The notes beneath the pieces are model-generated. The model did not search any database. It was given only the letters and a program-made list of their open reading frames with translations, and had not been told where the DNA came from. From contig CAYVUB010000008.1 in assembly GCA_964454675.1 (NCBI GenBank), positions 15,250 to 79,249 on the forward strand: a stretch of 64,000 bases of DNA, written 5' to 3'. The DNA comes from an uncultured Flavobacteriaceae bacterium (GTDB lineage Bacteria; Bacteroidota; Bacteroidia; Flavobacteriales; Flavobacteriaceae). The translations under genes and the position numbers were made by a program. Positions 26,464-37,753 of this stretch are shown here, piece by piece. Position 1 is the first letter of the stretch; the number at the start of each line of letters is the position of its first letter.

Positions 26464-29295
26464 ATGAATCCATTTGAAGAGTTTATTGAGGTAAAAGGTG
26501 CACGAGTCCACAACCTGAAAAATATAGATGTTTCCATTCCCCGTGAAAAACTGGTGGTTATTACCGGTTTGTCGGGAAGCGGTAAATCGTCATTGGCTTT
26601 TGACACCATTTATGCCGAAGGACAACGGCGTTATATTGAAACATTCTCTGCCTATGCACGTCAGTTTTTGGGCGGATTGGAACGCCCCGATGTAGATAAA
26701 ATTGACGGACTCTCGCCCGTAATTGCCATAGAACAGAAAACCACGAGCAAATCGCCACGCTCAACCGTTGGCACGATCACAGAAATTTACGACTTTTTAC
26801 GTTTATTGTTTGCGCGTGCCGCAGATGCTTACAGCTACAATACCGGTGAAAAAATGGTAAGCTATAATGACGAGCAAATCAAATCGCTCATTATGGAAGC
26901 CTATATTGACAAACGCATCAATATTCTTGCACCGGTAGTACGTGCAAGAAAAGGACATTACCGCGAACTTTTTGAGCATATTGCCAAGCAGGGTTTTGTT
27001 AAAGTACGTGTTGACGGCGAGATTGTCGATTTGATAAAAGGCATGAAACTCGACCGTTATAAAACACACGATATAGAGATTGTCATTGACCGTTTAAAAA
27101 TTGATGATGCGCAAAATGACGATAAACGCATTACCCAAACCATCAATACGGCTATGCATCACGGCGAAAACGTGCTGATGGTTTTAGACCAGGATTCGGG
27201 AGAAGTGCGCTATTTCAGTCGTAATTTGATGTGTCCCGCAACAGGAATTTCCTATCCAAATCCTGAGCCTAACAATTTTTCGTTCAATTCGCCCAAAGGT
27301 GCGTGTCCAAAATGTAACGGCATAGGGCGGTTATATCAGGTTAACGAAAAGAAAATCATTCCTGACCATTCCGTATCCATTAAAAACGGAGCGTTGGCAC
27401 CTCTCGGCACCCAAAAAAACAGCTGGATTTTTAAACAACTGGAAGTCATAGCACAACGCTACAATTTTTCACTATCGGACGCTTACAAGGATATCCCCGA
27501 AGAAGCCAGGCAAATCATCATGTATGGCGGCAATGAAAAATTTACCGTAGAAAGCAAAACACTTGGTGTAAGCAGAGATTACAGTATCGAGTTTGAAGGT
27601 ATTGCCAATTTTATCGAAACGCAGTTTAATAATGCCGAAACAACTTCATTAACACGCTGGGCAAAAGACTATATGGATAAGGTAGATTGCGATGAATGTC
27701 ATGGCACGCGCCTTAGACAAGAATCGCTGTACTTTAAAATCAATAATGAAAATATTGCCGAATTATCCAACAAAGATATCACCGATTTAGCACAGTGGTT
27801 CAACAATTTACCGGCACATTTATCGGACAAGCAATTACAGATTTCCGAAGAAATCATCAAAGAAATCACAACCCGTTTACAGTTTTTGTTAGATGTTGGT
27901 CTTGATTATTTATCGCTCAGCCGAAGCTCAAAATCACTGTCGGGCGGCGAAGCGCAGCGCATAAGGCTTGCCACACAAATAGGCTCGCAGCTGGTAGGCG
28001 TTTTGTACATTCTTGACGAGCCGAGCATAGGACTGCATCAGCGTGATAATGAAAAACTCATCAAATCGCTACTGTCATTGCGTGATATAGGAAATTCGGT
28101 GATTGTCGTTGAGCATGATAAGGATATGATTGAAATGGCAGATTATGTGATTGATATTGGTCCTAAAGCCGGAAAATACGGCGGTGAAATTATCAGTACA
28201 GGAACACCGGCCGAACTTAAAACGCATAACACCTTAACTGCCGAGTATCTTAACGGCACAAAAGCTATTGAAGTACCAAAAAAACGCCGTGAAGGCAACG
28301 GTCATTTTATAGAACTTAACGGCTGTACCGGCAACAATTTAAAGAATGTTTCGGTTAAATTTCCGTTAGGAAAAATGATAGGCATTACAGGTGTTTCGGG
28401 CAGTGGCAAATCGACATTAATCAATGAAACGCTCTACCCTATTTTAAATGCGCATTACTTTAACGGTGTTAAAAAACCCATGCCGTACAAAAGCATCAAA
28501 GGTTTGGAGCATATTGACAAGGTTATAGACATCAACCAATCGCCTATAGGACGTACACCTCGCAGCAATCCGTCAACATACACGGGAACTTTTGGCGAGA
28601 TACGCGATTTATTTGCCAAAATTCCCGAAGCCATGATACGTGGTTATAAACCCGGACGATTTAGTTTTAATGTAGCCGGCGGACGTTGCGAAACCTGCCA
28701 GGGCGGCGGATTGCGTGTTATTGAAATGAATTTCCTTCCGGATGTATATGTAGAATGCGAAACCTGTCAGGGCAAGCGTTTTAACCGTGAAACGTTGGAA
28801 ATTCGCTACAAAGGAAAATCCATAAGCGATGTTCTGGATATGACCATAAGTGATGCCGTAGCGTTTTTTGAACATATCCCGAAAATCCATAAAAAACTTA
28901 AAACCATTGAAGATGTAGGTTTAGGATACATTACATTGGGACAACAAAGCACCACGCTTTCGGGCGGCGAAGCACAACGCATAAAACTCGCCACCGAACT
29001 GAGCAAACGCGATACCGGAAATACCTTTTACATTTTGGACGAACCCACAACCGGACTGCATTTTGAAGACATAAGAGTCTTGATGGGCGTTTTAAACAAA
29101 CTGGCAGATAAAGGCAATACGGTTTTGATTATTGAACACAATATGGATGTCATTAAAATGGTGGATCATATTATTGATATTGGATATGAAGGCGGAAAAG
29201 GCGGCGGACAGATTATTACCCAAGGTACACCCGAACAAGTAGCAAAACACAAAACAAGTTATACGGCAAAGTATTTAAAAAAGGAATTAAATTAG
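26464..29295 (+). CDS. uvrA: Excinuclease ABC subunit A
   Basis: Two ABC modules ([27 protein letters not shown]). Zinc modules CPKCNG and CETCQGGG. Start placed at [18 protein letters not shown]. The track start at 26443 is a TTG. Confidence 0.95.
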   Translation: MNPFEEFIEVKGARVHNLKNIDVSIPREKLVVITGLSGSGKSSLAFDTIYAEGQRRYIETFSAYARQFLGGLERPDVDKIDGLSPVIAIEQKTTSKSPRSTVGTITEIYDFLRLLFARAADAYSYNTGEKMVSYNDEQIKSLIMEAYIDKRINILAPVVRARKGHYRELFEHIAKQGFVKVRVDGEIVDLIKGMKLDRYKTHDIEIVIDRLKIDDAQNDDKRITQTINTAMHHGENVLMVLDQDSGEVRYFSRNLMCPATGISYPNPEPNNFSFNSPKGACPKCNGIGRLYQVNEKKIIPDHSVSIKNGALAPLGTQKNSWIFKQLEVIAQRYNFSLSDAYKDIPEEARQIIMYGGNEKFTVESKTLGVSRDYSIEFEGIANFIETQFNNAETTSLTRWAKDYMDKVDCDECHGTRLRQESLYFKINNENIAELSNKDITDLAQWFNNLPAHLSDKQLQISEEIIKEITTRLQFLLDVGLDYLSLSRSSKSLSGGEAQRIRLATQIGSQLVGVLYILDEPSIGLHQRDNEKLIKSLLSLRDIGNSVIVVEHDKDMIEMADYVIDIGPKAGKYGGEIISTGTPAELKTHNTLTAEYLNGTKAIEVPKKRREGNGHFIELNGCTGNNLKNVSVKFPLGKMIGITGVSGSGKSTLINETLYPILNAHYFNGVKKPMPYKSIKGLEHIDKVIDINQSPIGRTPRSNPSTYTGTFGEIRDLFAKIPEAMIRGYKPGRFSFNVAGGRCETCQGGGLRVIEMNFLPDVYVECETCQGKRFNRETLEIRYKGKSISDVLDMTISDAVAFFEHIPKIHKKLKTIEDVGLGYITLGQQSTTLSGGEAQRIKLATELSKRDTGNTFYILDEPTTGLHFEDIRVLMGVLNKLADKGNTVLIIEHNMDVIKMVDHIIDIGYEGGKGGGQIITQGTPEQVAKHKTSYTAKYLKKELN

Positions 29296-29300
29296 TATGT

Positions 29301-30029
29301 TTGGCTTATAACAATAAAAAACAGAAAAAACAGATAGGTATGAGAATTGAAAAACACAACAAAGCATGGAGCGAAATAAAAAGTAACGACTCATGGGCGA
29401 TTTTTAAAATCATGGGCGAATTTGTAGGCGGTTATGAAAAATTAAGCAAAATAGGACCTTGTGTATCCATATTCGGTTCGGCACGTACAAAACCCGACCA
29501 TAAACATTACAAACTTGCCGAAGAAATAGCCGTAAAAATAGTAGAAAACGGCTATGGTGTTATTACCGGCGGCGGTCCCGGAATCATGGAAGCCGGAAAC
29601 AAAGGTGCGCATATAGGCGGAGGCACATCGGTAGGATTAAACATCGAGCTACCGTTTGAACAGCACGACAATCCGTATATAGATACCGATAAAAGCCTGG
29701 ATTTTGATTATTTCTTCGTAAGAAAAGTAATGTTTGTAAAATACTCGCAAGGGTTTGTTGTCATGCCCGGCGGTTTTGGAACCCTGGACGAACTGTTTGA
29801 AGCCATCACATTAATCCAAACACATAAAATTGAAAAATTCCCTATCATTCTGGTTGGCAAAGACTTCTGGAAAGGTTTATGGGAATGGGTAAAATCGACA
29901 TTATTAGAAAGCTCAGGAAATATAAGCCCCGAAGATTTAGATCTTGTTCATATTGTAGATACTTCTGATGAAGTTATTAACATACTCAACAATTTCTATA
30001 AAGTTTACGGATTGAGCCCAAATTTTTAA
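29301..30029 (+). CDS. LOG-family / TIGR00730 Rossmann-fold nucleotide-binding protein
   Basis: GGGPGIMEA and PGGFGTLDELFE motifs. The 29301 start is a TTG; an alternative ATG start is at 29340 (MRIEKH). Confidence 0.8.
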   Translation: MAYNNKKQKKQIGMRIEKHNKAWSEIKSNDSWAIFKIMGEFVGGYEKLSKIGPCVSIFGSARTKPDHKHYKLAEEIAVKIVENGYGVITGGGPGIMEAGNKGAHIGGGTSVGLNIELPFEQHDNPYIDTDKSLDFDYFFVRKVMFVKYSQGFVVMPGGFGTLDELFEAITLIQTHKIEKFPIILVGKDFWKGLWEWVKSTLLESSGNISPEDLDLVHIVDTSDEVINILNNFYKVYGLSPNF

Positions 30030-30115
30030 TCAAAAACTATAAACGTCAAAAGCACGTTATATATAAGTAAATTATGTAAGATATTGCTTTACTTAAAGAC
30101 ACCTGTTTTCTTTAT

Positions 30116-32962
30116 ATGAATCACAACCTGTTGAAATCACTGTATCTAACGTTAATATTTATACTTGTTACAGCCATTACGTATGGTCAAAACACAATAG
30201 ATATTTCTGCCCGTTTTGATATGGAACAGAAAATCATTCATATTGAACAAAAAATACGTTATCAAAATACAAGCAATGATACACTAAGCACTGTTTATCT
30301 TAATGACTGGGCAAACAGCTATTCAACCAAAACCACGCCGTTAGCCCATAGATTTACGCAGGAATTCAGTACCAGATTTCATTTTGCAAAAAGTGAAGAC
30401 AGAGGTTATACCAGCATCATATCTATCAAAGATAAAGATGCTAATGAGCTTTCACACACACGCATCAAAGACCGGCAGGATATTATTTCATTACAACCGG
30501 CACAGCCTTTATTGCCCGGCGAATTTTATGACATCACACTGTATTACAATGTAAAAATACCAAGTGATGCTTATACAAGCTACGGCATTACCGCCGATGG
30601 TGAGATGAACCTGCGTTACTGGTATATCACACCGGCAGTTTATGACGGGCAATGGCATTATTACAGCAACAAAAACCTTGACGATCTTTATGTACCAAAA
30701 GCCGATATAAGCTTAAATGTTGAAATACCTCTTAATTTTGCCATTTACACCGAGCTAGACATTAAAAACATCAAGCAAAATGGCAACAGGCAAACGTTTT
30801 CTTTCTACGGAAAAGACAGGGTTGACACCAAGCTGTTTATAGTAAAGTATCCTAAATTTAAATACGTACAAACCGATAATTTCACGGTCATTACCAACAT
30901 TGAAGATAACGGTGTGACCTCTGCCGATAAAGCCATCATAACCGATAAAATCACGGCATTCATCAGTAATCATTTAGGAAACTATCCGCATAACTACCTG
31001 TTGTTGTCCAATACCGAATACAAAAAAGACCCGTTATACGGACTCAACCAACTTCCCGATTTTATCCGGCCGTTTCCCAACACGCTTCAGTATGAATTGA
31101 AATTACTGAAAACCGCTTTAAACAACTATTTAGATAATGTTCTGTTACTCAATCCTCGTAATGATTACTGGCTTAAAGAGGGCATCCAGATTTATTACCT
31201 GATGAAGTATGTTGAAGAAAACTACCCCGATTTAAAACTTTTGGGAACCTTGGCAAATGTTTGGGGTATTCGGTCGTTTCATGCTGCCGAAGTCAATTTC
31301 AATGAACAATATAATCTGTTTTATATGCAGATGGCACGCACCAACCGTGACCAGCCGTTAACTGTGCCCAAAGATTCATTATTGAAGTTTAACGCCAATA
31401 TTGCCAATAAATATAAAGCCGGCATAGGTTTAAAGTATTTGAATGATTATATTAACGGTAATATTCTGGAACAGACGGTCAAAGAATTTCTGGACACAAA
31501 AAAATTGCAGGCAACCTCATCAAAAGATTTTGAAACCTTATTAAAACAACAAACAGATAAAGATATTGACTGGTTTTTTACAGATTACATCAGTACCAGA
31601 AAAAAAATCGATTTCCGCATTAAAAATGTTCGTTCAACCGAAGATTCCATTACACTTACCATCAAAAATAAACGTGATAACAATATGCCTGTATCATTGT
31701 TTACATTACATAATGATTCGGTACTTTCTAAAATATGGATTGAAGACATCAACGATAAAAAGACCATTACCATACCACACGACGGCGCAAACAAACTCGT
31801 CCTTAATTATGATAACAGTGTCCCGGAATTTAACCTGAGAGATAACTGGAAATCGCTCAAAGGCTTTTTCTTCAATAATAAACCGCTGCAAATACGGCTG
31901 TTTCAAGATATTGAAAATCCAAATTACAATCAGGTATTTTTGATGCCGCTTGTAGAGTTCAACAACATTTATGACGGCGTTTCATTAGGATTAAAAGCCT
32001 ATAACAAAACCCTGCTTCGCCGTCGTCTTAATTACCGCTTGGCACCTCAATACGGGACAAAATCAAAAACCCTTACAGGATCATCGGTAGTGACTTACAT
32101 TCAGGATATTGAAAACCACAACCTGCACAGTATCATTTACGGTTTGGGTGCCAGTTACAAATCGTTTGCACCGGATGCTTTTGTAACGGTTGTGACACCA
32201 AGTATTTCATTTAATTTCAGGCAAGACAAGCATTTCAGGTCTAACAAATCGAGTTATTTAAATTTCCGTTATCTGGATATTTTCAGGAATGTCGATAAAA
32301 ATCCGTTGATTCCTCTGGATGAACCTAATTATGGTGTGTTTAATATACGTTATGTAAATTCTGATAACGGCATTGTAAATTTCTCAAAATGGCATTATGA
32401 TTTTCAGGCTGCAAAACGATTCGGAAAGCTTTCAGTAAATTATGAATACCGAAAACTTTATGAAAGCAACCGGCAGTTTCAAATACGGCTTTTTGCAGGA
32501 AGCTTTATTTATAATAAAACTGATCCAAATTCCGATTATTTCAGCTTTGCTCTTGACCGGCCTACAGATTACCTGTTTGATTACAACTATCTGGGACGTT
32601 CTGAAGCCTCGGGAATTTTCAGCCAGCAAATCATTATTGCCGAAGGCGGTTTTAAATCAAAACTCGATACACCTTATGCCAACCAATGGATGACCACGGT
32701 AAATACGAGTACCACCATTTGGCGGTTTATTGAAGCGTATGGCGATGTTGGTCTGGTAAAAAATAAATTTAACAATGCTGCCGTTGTGTATGATTCGGGC
32801 ATACGGCTTAATCTGGTTACCGATTATTTTGAAGTGTTTTTCCCTGTATATTCAAACTTAGGCTGGGAAATAGGCCGGGATAATTATGACCAGAAAATAC
32901 GGTTTATGTTTACCGTTGACCCACAGACGTTATTTGGGTTATTCCGAAGAAAATGGTATTAA
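30116..32962 (+). CDS. Large secreted hypothetical protein; weak M1-peptidase-like region without HExxH; aromatic-rich C-terminal half
   Basis: 948 aa with a signal peptide. WLKEGIQIYY resembles the M1 WLNEGFA segment, but no HExxH occurs anywhere in the protein. Ends in ...RRKWY. Confidence 0.5.
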   Translation: MNHNLLKSLYLTLIFILVTAITYGQNTIDISARFDMEQKIIHIEQKIRYQNTSNDTLSTVYLNDWANSYSTKTTPLAHRFTQEFSTRFHFAKSEDRGYTSIISIKDKDANELSHTRIKDRQDIISLQPAQPLLPGEFYDITLYYNVKIPSDAYTSYGITADGEMNLRYWYITPAVYDGQWHYYSNKNLDDLYVPKADISLNVEIPLNFAIYTELDIKNIKQNGNRQTFSFYGKDRVDTKLFIVKYPKFKYVQTDNFTVITNIEDNGVTSADKAIITDKITAFISNHLGNYPHNYLLLSNTEYKKDPLYGLNQLPDFIRPFPNTLQYELKLLKTALNNYLDNVLLLNPRNDYWLKEGIQIYYLMKYVEENYPDLKLLGTLANVWGIRSFHAAEVNFNEQYNLFYMQMARTNRDQPLTVPKDSLLKFNANIANKYKAGIGLKYLNDYINGNILEQTVKEFLDTKKLQATSSKDFETLLKQQTDKDIDWFFTDYISTRKKIDFRIKNVRSTEDSITLTIKNKRDNNMPVSLFTLHNDSVLSKIWIEDINDKKTITIPHDGANKLVLNYDNSVPEFNLRDNWKSLKGFFFNNKPLQIRLFQDIENPNYNQVFLMPLVEFNNIYDGVSLGLKAYNKTLLRRRLNYRLAPQYGTKSKTLTGSSVVTYIQDIENHNLHSIIYGLGASYKSFAPDAFVTVVTPSISFNFRQDKHFRSNKSSYLNFRYLDIFRNVDKNPLIPLDEPNYGVFNIRYVNSDNGIVNFSKWHYDFQAAKRFGKLSVNYEYRKLYESNRQFQIRLFAGSFIYNKTDPNSDYFSFALDRPTDYLFDYNYLGRSEASGIFSQQIIIAEGGFKSKLDTPYANQWMTTVNTSTTIWRFIEAYGDVGLVKNKFNNAAVVYDSGIRLNLVTDYFEVFFPVYSNLGWEIGRDNYDQKIRFMFTVDPQTLFGLFRRKWY

Positions 32963-33067
32963 TTATTTGAAACATCACTATAAGACTACCTTAAAAACGT
33001 TAATTTAAACCTTTCTGTTTTGAAATTATGACAGTTTAACTATCTTTCTTTAAAATTCAAAAAAACC

Positions 33068-35434
33068 ATGTCAAAAATCTTTTTGTTTATTGCCCTGTTT
33101 CTTAGTATATCTCATTGTATTACAGCCCAACAACCTGCCTTATCTGTCGAAAAAATCATGCAAGACCCTAAATGGATTGGAAATTTCCCTGCAAATGTAA
33201 AATGGGATGAGCATAGTGAATCTGTCTATTTTAATTACGATAAAGACAATCCTCAGGATTCGCTTTACCGCATTCAAGTGTTAAACAAAAAAACTATTGA
33301 GCAGGTAAGCCATACGGCAAAAAGAAACATTGTCTTTGCAGGTGGTAGCTATAACTCTTCAAAAACCCAAAAAGTTTATACAAAAAACAACGCTTTAACG
33401 GTTTACAATATCAGCACCCGAACCGAAAAAACCTTATTAGAATGGTCTGATTACATCCGTAATCCGCAGTTTTTGGCAAATGAAAACCTTATCACTTTTA
33501 ATGCCGGTAATAATGCTTATATAATAAACCAATCCACAGGAAGCATTAAAAAACTCACCAATATCAAATCTGGTGATGCCCCAAAAACCAACGAAAAAGC
33601 CGAAACATCTGATAAATCTTTATGGCTCGAAACCGATAATCTTAAGCTATTAAACGTTGTTAATGAACGTAAACAAAAACGTGAAGCTGCAAAAGCATAT
33701 AACGAACTTGTAAAAGACAAAGAACCTTACACCTATTATTCCGGGAAACAACGCATTACCAATATACAAGTATCACCAACTGCCAATTATGTGACGTTTA
33801 ACATCAATCACTCCAATAATGGTGATGCTACCATAGTTCCCGATTATATTGACGCTTCGGGTTATACAACCAATCTCAATACACGCACAAAAGTTGGCGA
33901 TGAAAAAACCAAAACAGACCTTATGGTTTATAACATTGCAAAAGATACCGTTTACAAAGTAAATACCGAAATGCTTACCGGAATAAGCGATTTACCCGAC
34001 TATGTTAAAGATTACCCTGAAAAAGAATGGGCAACGCAACCAAGAGATGTGGTTGTTTCTAAAGCTTATTTTTCTGCCGATGGTGCACACGCTATTGTAA
34101 ACGTACGCTCCAAAGATAATAAAGACCGATGGATAGCAAAACTCGACCTCAACACAGGAAATTTAACAACCTTAGACCGCCAGCGTGATGAAGCATGGAT
34201 TTCCGGCCCCGAAATTGGCTGGACTATGGAAGGCGGTACGTTGGGCTGGCTGCCGGATAACAGGCACATTTACTTCCAGTCGGAAGCTACGGGATACTCA
34301 CATCTGTACCTGCTTGATGTTACCACAGGAACAAAAAAAGCACTTACTTCGGGCAACTACGAAGTGTTTAGCCCGTTTTTATCAAAAGACGGCAAGCACT
34401 GGTATTTAACAACCTCCGAAGTACATCCGGGCGAGCGTCATTTTTACAAAATGCCGGTTATGGGCGGCAACAAACAGCAGTTAACATCACTTACCGGAAA
34501 TAATGACGTTAAATTATCACCCGATGAAAAGCATCTTGTTATTTTGTACTCATACAGCAACCAGCCCGAAGAACTGTATTATAAACCCAACAACCCAAAA
34601 GCCGAAGCCGTAAAACTTACATCGGGACAATCGGAAGCGTTTAAAAGTTATACTTGGCGCGACCCGCAATTAGTAACTTTTAAAGCCGAAGATGGTGCTA
34701 TGGTTCCTGCCCGGCTGTATGTTCCTGACAGTTCGGTAAAAAATGATGCGGCGGTTATTTTTGTGCACGGTGCAGGCTATTTGCAAAATGTTCATAAATG
34801 GTGGTCATCCTATTTTAGAGAGTATATGTTTCATAACCTGCTTACCGATTTGGGTTATACCGTTATAGACATCGATTACCGGGGAAGCGCAGGATATGGA
34901 CGCGACTGGCGTACAGGCATTTACCGGCACATGGGCGGCAAAGACTTATCAGACCAGGTTGACGGCGCAAAATACCTTGTAGAGCAACACGGCATTAACC
35001 CCGATAAAATAGGAATTTACGGTGGCAGCTACGGCGGTTTCATTACACTTATGGCATTGTTCAACAATCCCGAAACCTTTAAAGCCGGTGCAGCATTGCG
35101 TTCTGTGACAGACTGGGCGCATTATAACCACGGTTATACTTCAAATATCCTGAACGAACCGTTTAACGACCCTATTGCTTACCGCCGCTCATCCCCTATT
35201 TATTTTGCCGAAGGTTTACAGGGACATTTGCTTATTGCGCATGGTATAGTGGACGTAAACGTGCATTTTCAGGATGTGGTACGGCTGGCACAACGCCTTA
35301 TAGAACTGCAAAAAGATAATTGGGAAATGGCGGTATATCCTGCCGAAGACCACGGTTTTGTTGAACCAAGCAGCTGGACAGACGAATACAAACGTATTTT
35401 AAAGTTGTTTAACGAAGTGTTACTGGATAAATAA
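33068..35434 (+). CDS. S9-family serine peptidase (dipeptidyl-peptidase IV / prolyl oligopeptidase-like)
   Basis: 788 aa with a signal peptide, a beta-propeller-like N-terminal half and nucleophile elbow GGSYGGF. Confidence 0.85.
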   Translation: MSKIFLFIALFLSISHCITAQQPALSVEKIMQDPKWIGNFPANVKWDEHSESVYFNYDKDNPQDSLYRIQVLNKKTIEQVSHTAKRNIVFAGGSYNSSKTQKVYTKNNALTVYNISTRTEKTLLEWSDYIRNPQFLANENLITFNAGNNAYIINQSTGSIKKLTNIKSGDAPKTNEKAETSDKSLWLETDNLKLLNVVNERKQKREAAKAYNELVKDKEPYTYYSGKQRITNIQVSPTANYVTFNINHSNNGDATIVPDYIDASGYTTNLNTRTKVGDEKTKTDLMVYNIAKDTVYKVNTEMLTGISDLPDYVKDYPEKEWATQPRDVVVSKAYFSADGAHAIVNVRSKDNKDRWIAKLDLNTGNLTTLDRQRDEAWISGPEIGWTMEGGTLGWLPDNRHIYFQSEATGYSHLYLLDVTTGTKKALTSGNYEVFSPFLSKDGKHWYLTTSEVHPGERHFYKMPVMGGNKQQLTSLTGNNDVKLSPDEKHLVILYSYSNQPEELYYKPNNPKAEAVKLTSGQSEAFKSYTWRDPQLVTFKAEDGAMVPARLYVPDSSVKNDAAVIFVHGAGYLQNVHKWWSSYFREYMFHNLLTDLGYTVIDIDYRGSAGYGRDWRTGIYRHMGGKDLSDQVDGAKYLVEQHGINPDKIGIYGGSYGGFITLMALFNNPETFKAGAALRSVTDWAHYNHGYTSNILNEPFNDPIAYRRSSPIYFAEGLQGHLLIAHGIVDVNVHFQDVVRLAQRLIELQKDNWEMAVYPAEDHGFVEPSSWTDEYKRILKLFNEVLLDK

Positions 35435-35471
35435 CTTTGTAGAAATAATGTGCGCATCAGCCAATAAAAGA

Positions 35472-35555
35472 AGAGGTTGTCCCAAAACTGCCATCTTATG
35501 TTTGCAATTATAGAATGGCAAAAATGCTGATTTCAGCACTTTTGAGACAACCTCT
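35472..35555. terminator. Nested inverted repeat between convergent genes (probable bidirectional terminator)
   Basis: AGAGGTTGTCCCAAAA (35472-35487) pairs with TTTTGAGACAACCTCT (35540-35555), 15/16 complementary. Inner hairpin TGCTGA-TT-TCAGCA at 35525-35538. Confidence 0.5.
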
Positions 35556-35561
35556 CTGTGT

Positions 35562-35942
35562 TTATTTATCAATATGTTCGACATTCAAAATTTCTAATTT
35601 GAGAGTTCCCTTTTTTGCGGGCCACTCAATAATATTACCTGTTTTATAGCCTACCATAGCGATACCTTCATCTGATAAAATCGAAATTTTATTTTTATTT
35701 GGATTAGATTTCCCGGGACCTACAAAAGTTACGGTTTTCTCTTGGTTTGAGGTATGCTCTCTATAAGTAACAATACTGTTTACACAAACAGTATTGGCAG
35801 GAAGTTCTCTTCTTAAAACTTGCGATGCCTTTTTTAATTCGCTTAAAATAATTTTTTCTTCGCCTGGAGTTACTTTTTTTCTTCGTACATGATCTTTAAT
35901 TAAATCATAAGTTCCGGTTGTTAATACAATATTTTGTGTCAT
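35562..35942 (-). CDS. GreA/GreB-family C-terminal domain protein (Rnk-like regulator)
   Basis: 126 aa. ISILSDEGIAMVGYKTGNIIEWP matches the pattern of the GreA C-terminal domain. Confidence 0.65.
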   Translation of the reverse strand: MTQNIVLTTGTYDLIKDHVRRKKVTPGEEKIILSELKKASQVLRRELPANTVCVNSIVTYREHTSNQEKTVTFVGPGKSNPNKNKISILSDEGIAMVGYKTGNIIEWPAKKGTLKLEILNVEHIDK

Positions 35943-36409
35943 TAGTTTTTTAATTTTTTAATTTTTTCAAAAAAGATGAGGTAAGACTCTACATTAAACA
36001 GATGCGTAAGCTCTTTAATGGTTCTTAATTGAAAATAAATTGATTTAAAACTGGTTGATTTCCCTGTCCAGAGTCCTGCCGACAGGGTTTAAGAAATAAA
36101 CTCCTTAGAACTTCTTAAAAAAGTATCGTCATGCAAATACAACAACGACTGTAAAAGCCGAATCAATCGATTATCAGAAAAATAAAAGTTTGATGGTTTC
36201 ATTTTATTGCTAATAACTTTTATAAAGCTACTAAGATACAACATTTTTTTGTCCTTACAGACTTTCATCACAGGTTCTCACAAAACTTTCAAACGCTATC
36301 GTTTGTACTATATTAAAAAAAAATCAAAATCGAGGTTTTTAATCGGACTAACTCTCGTCTATCCTTAATCTATTCCGTATCTTAGCAGCTTTCAAAATTT
36401 AAGAATAAA

Positions 36410-37753
36410 ATGTCCACATCATCGCTCAACGCCATTTCACCGATTGATGGCCGCTACAGAAACAATGTCAATGAACTGGCTGCCTTTTTTTCAGAAGAAG
36501 CCTTAATAAAATACCGTGTACTTGTTGAGATTGAATACTTTATAGCTTTATGCGAATTGCCTTTGCCGCAGCTTACGGGTGTTAACCCTGAACGTTTTGA
36601 CGATTTGAGAGCCATTTATCAAAATTTTTCTACTGAAAATGCTCTGGCTGTCAAAACCATCGAAAAAGTCACCAACCACGATGTAAAAGCTGTTGAATAT
36701 TTTATCAAAGAGCAATTTGATGCTTTAGGACTATCGGCTTACAAAGAGTTTATCCATTTCGGGCTTACTTCGCAAGACATCAACAATACCGCTATACCGC
36801 TGAGTATTAAAGATGCTATGAACGAGGTATATGTTCCGGAATATTTCGGTTTATTAAAAAAACTGAAAGAACTCGCTCAAGAATGGGCACATATCCCAAT
36901 GCTGGCAAGAACACATGGGCAGCCGGCATCGCCTACCCGATTAGGAAAAGAAATCAGCGTGTTTGTGGTAAGGCTCGAAGAGCAGTTTAACCTGCTGAAC
37001 GATGTGCCGAGTGCGGCAAAATTTGGCGGTGCTACAGGAAATTTCAACGCACATAAAGTTGCATATCCTGATATTGACTGGAAAGATTTTGGCGGTCGGT
37101 TTGTTCAGGAAAAGTTAGGATTGCACCACTCGTTTCCTACCACGCAAATTGAACATTACGATCATCTGGCGGCTTTGTTTGACGGCTTAAAACGTATCAA
37201 TACCATACTAATTGATTTGGACAGAGATATCTGGACATACGTATCGATGGATTATTTTAAACAAAAAATAAAAGCCGGCGAAGTAGGCAGCAGCGCTATG
37301 CCGCACAAAGTGAATCCTATTGATTTTGAAAACAGCGAAGGTAATCTGGGACTGGCAAACGCTATATTTGAGCATTTATCGGCAAAACTTCCTGTGTCGA
37401 GATTGCAGCGCGATTTGACCGATAGTACGGTATTGCGAAATGTAGGTGTTCCTTTTGGGCATACATTGATAGGATTTAAATCGGCAGTAAAAGGACTGAA
37501 CAAATTACTGCTTAACGAAGTAAAATTTGCCGAAGATTTGGAAAATAACTGGGCGGTAGTTGCCGAAGCCATACAGACTATTTTGCGTCGTGAAGGCTAT
37601 AAAAATCCTTACGAAGCCTTAAAAGGTTTGACCAGAACCAACGAAGCGATAACCCAAAAATCTATTGCCGGTTTTATTGAAACTCTTGAAGTTTCTGATG
37701 CTGTTAAGACAGAATTGAAACAGATTACACCAAGCAATTATACAGGTATATGA
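36410..37753 (+). CDS. purB: Adenylosuccinate lyase
   Basis: 447 aa. Fumarate-lyase signature SSAMPHKVNP. Confidence 0.95.
   Translation: MSTSSLNAISPIDGRYRNNVNELAAFFSEEALIKYRVLVEIEYFIALCELPLPQLTGVNPERFDDLRAIYQNFSTENALAVKTIEKVTNHDVKAVEYFIKEQFDALGLSAYKEFIHFGLTSQDINNTAIPLSIKDAMNEVYVPEYFGLLKKLKELAQEWAHIPMLARTHGQPASPTRLGKEISVFVVRLEEQFNLLNDVPSAAKFGGATGNFNAHKVAYPDIDWKDFGGRFVQEKLGLHHSFPTTQIEHYDHLAALFDGLKRINTILIDLDRDIWTYVSMDYFKQKIKAGEVGSSAMPHKVNPIDFENSEGNLGLANAIFEHLSAKLPVSRLQRDLTDSTVLRNVGVPFGHTLIGFKSAVKGLNKLLLNEVKFAEDLENNWAVVAEAIQTILRREGYKNPYEALKGLTRTNEAITQKSIAGFIETLEVSDAVKTELKQITPSNYTGI

Noticed and set aside
36089-36271. 60-aa minus-strand ORF in the purB upstream spacer.
   Set aside because: It has no start context or promoter box, low-complexity composition, and overlaps the TTAAG-rich palindromic DNA. 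It is more likely non-coding.
36270-36409. Purine/ZTP-type riboswitch upstream of purB.
   Set aside because: I found none of the conserved cores, for example the ZTP GGGUCGUGAC...CCGGGCGGA...CCGCCUGGGCA pseudoknot elements or the purine-riboswitch UAUAAUCGCG/CUACGG-like segments.
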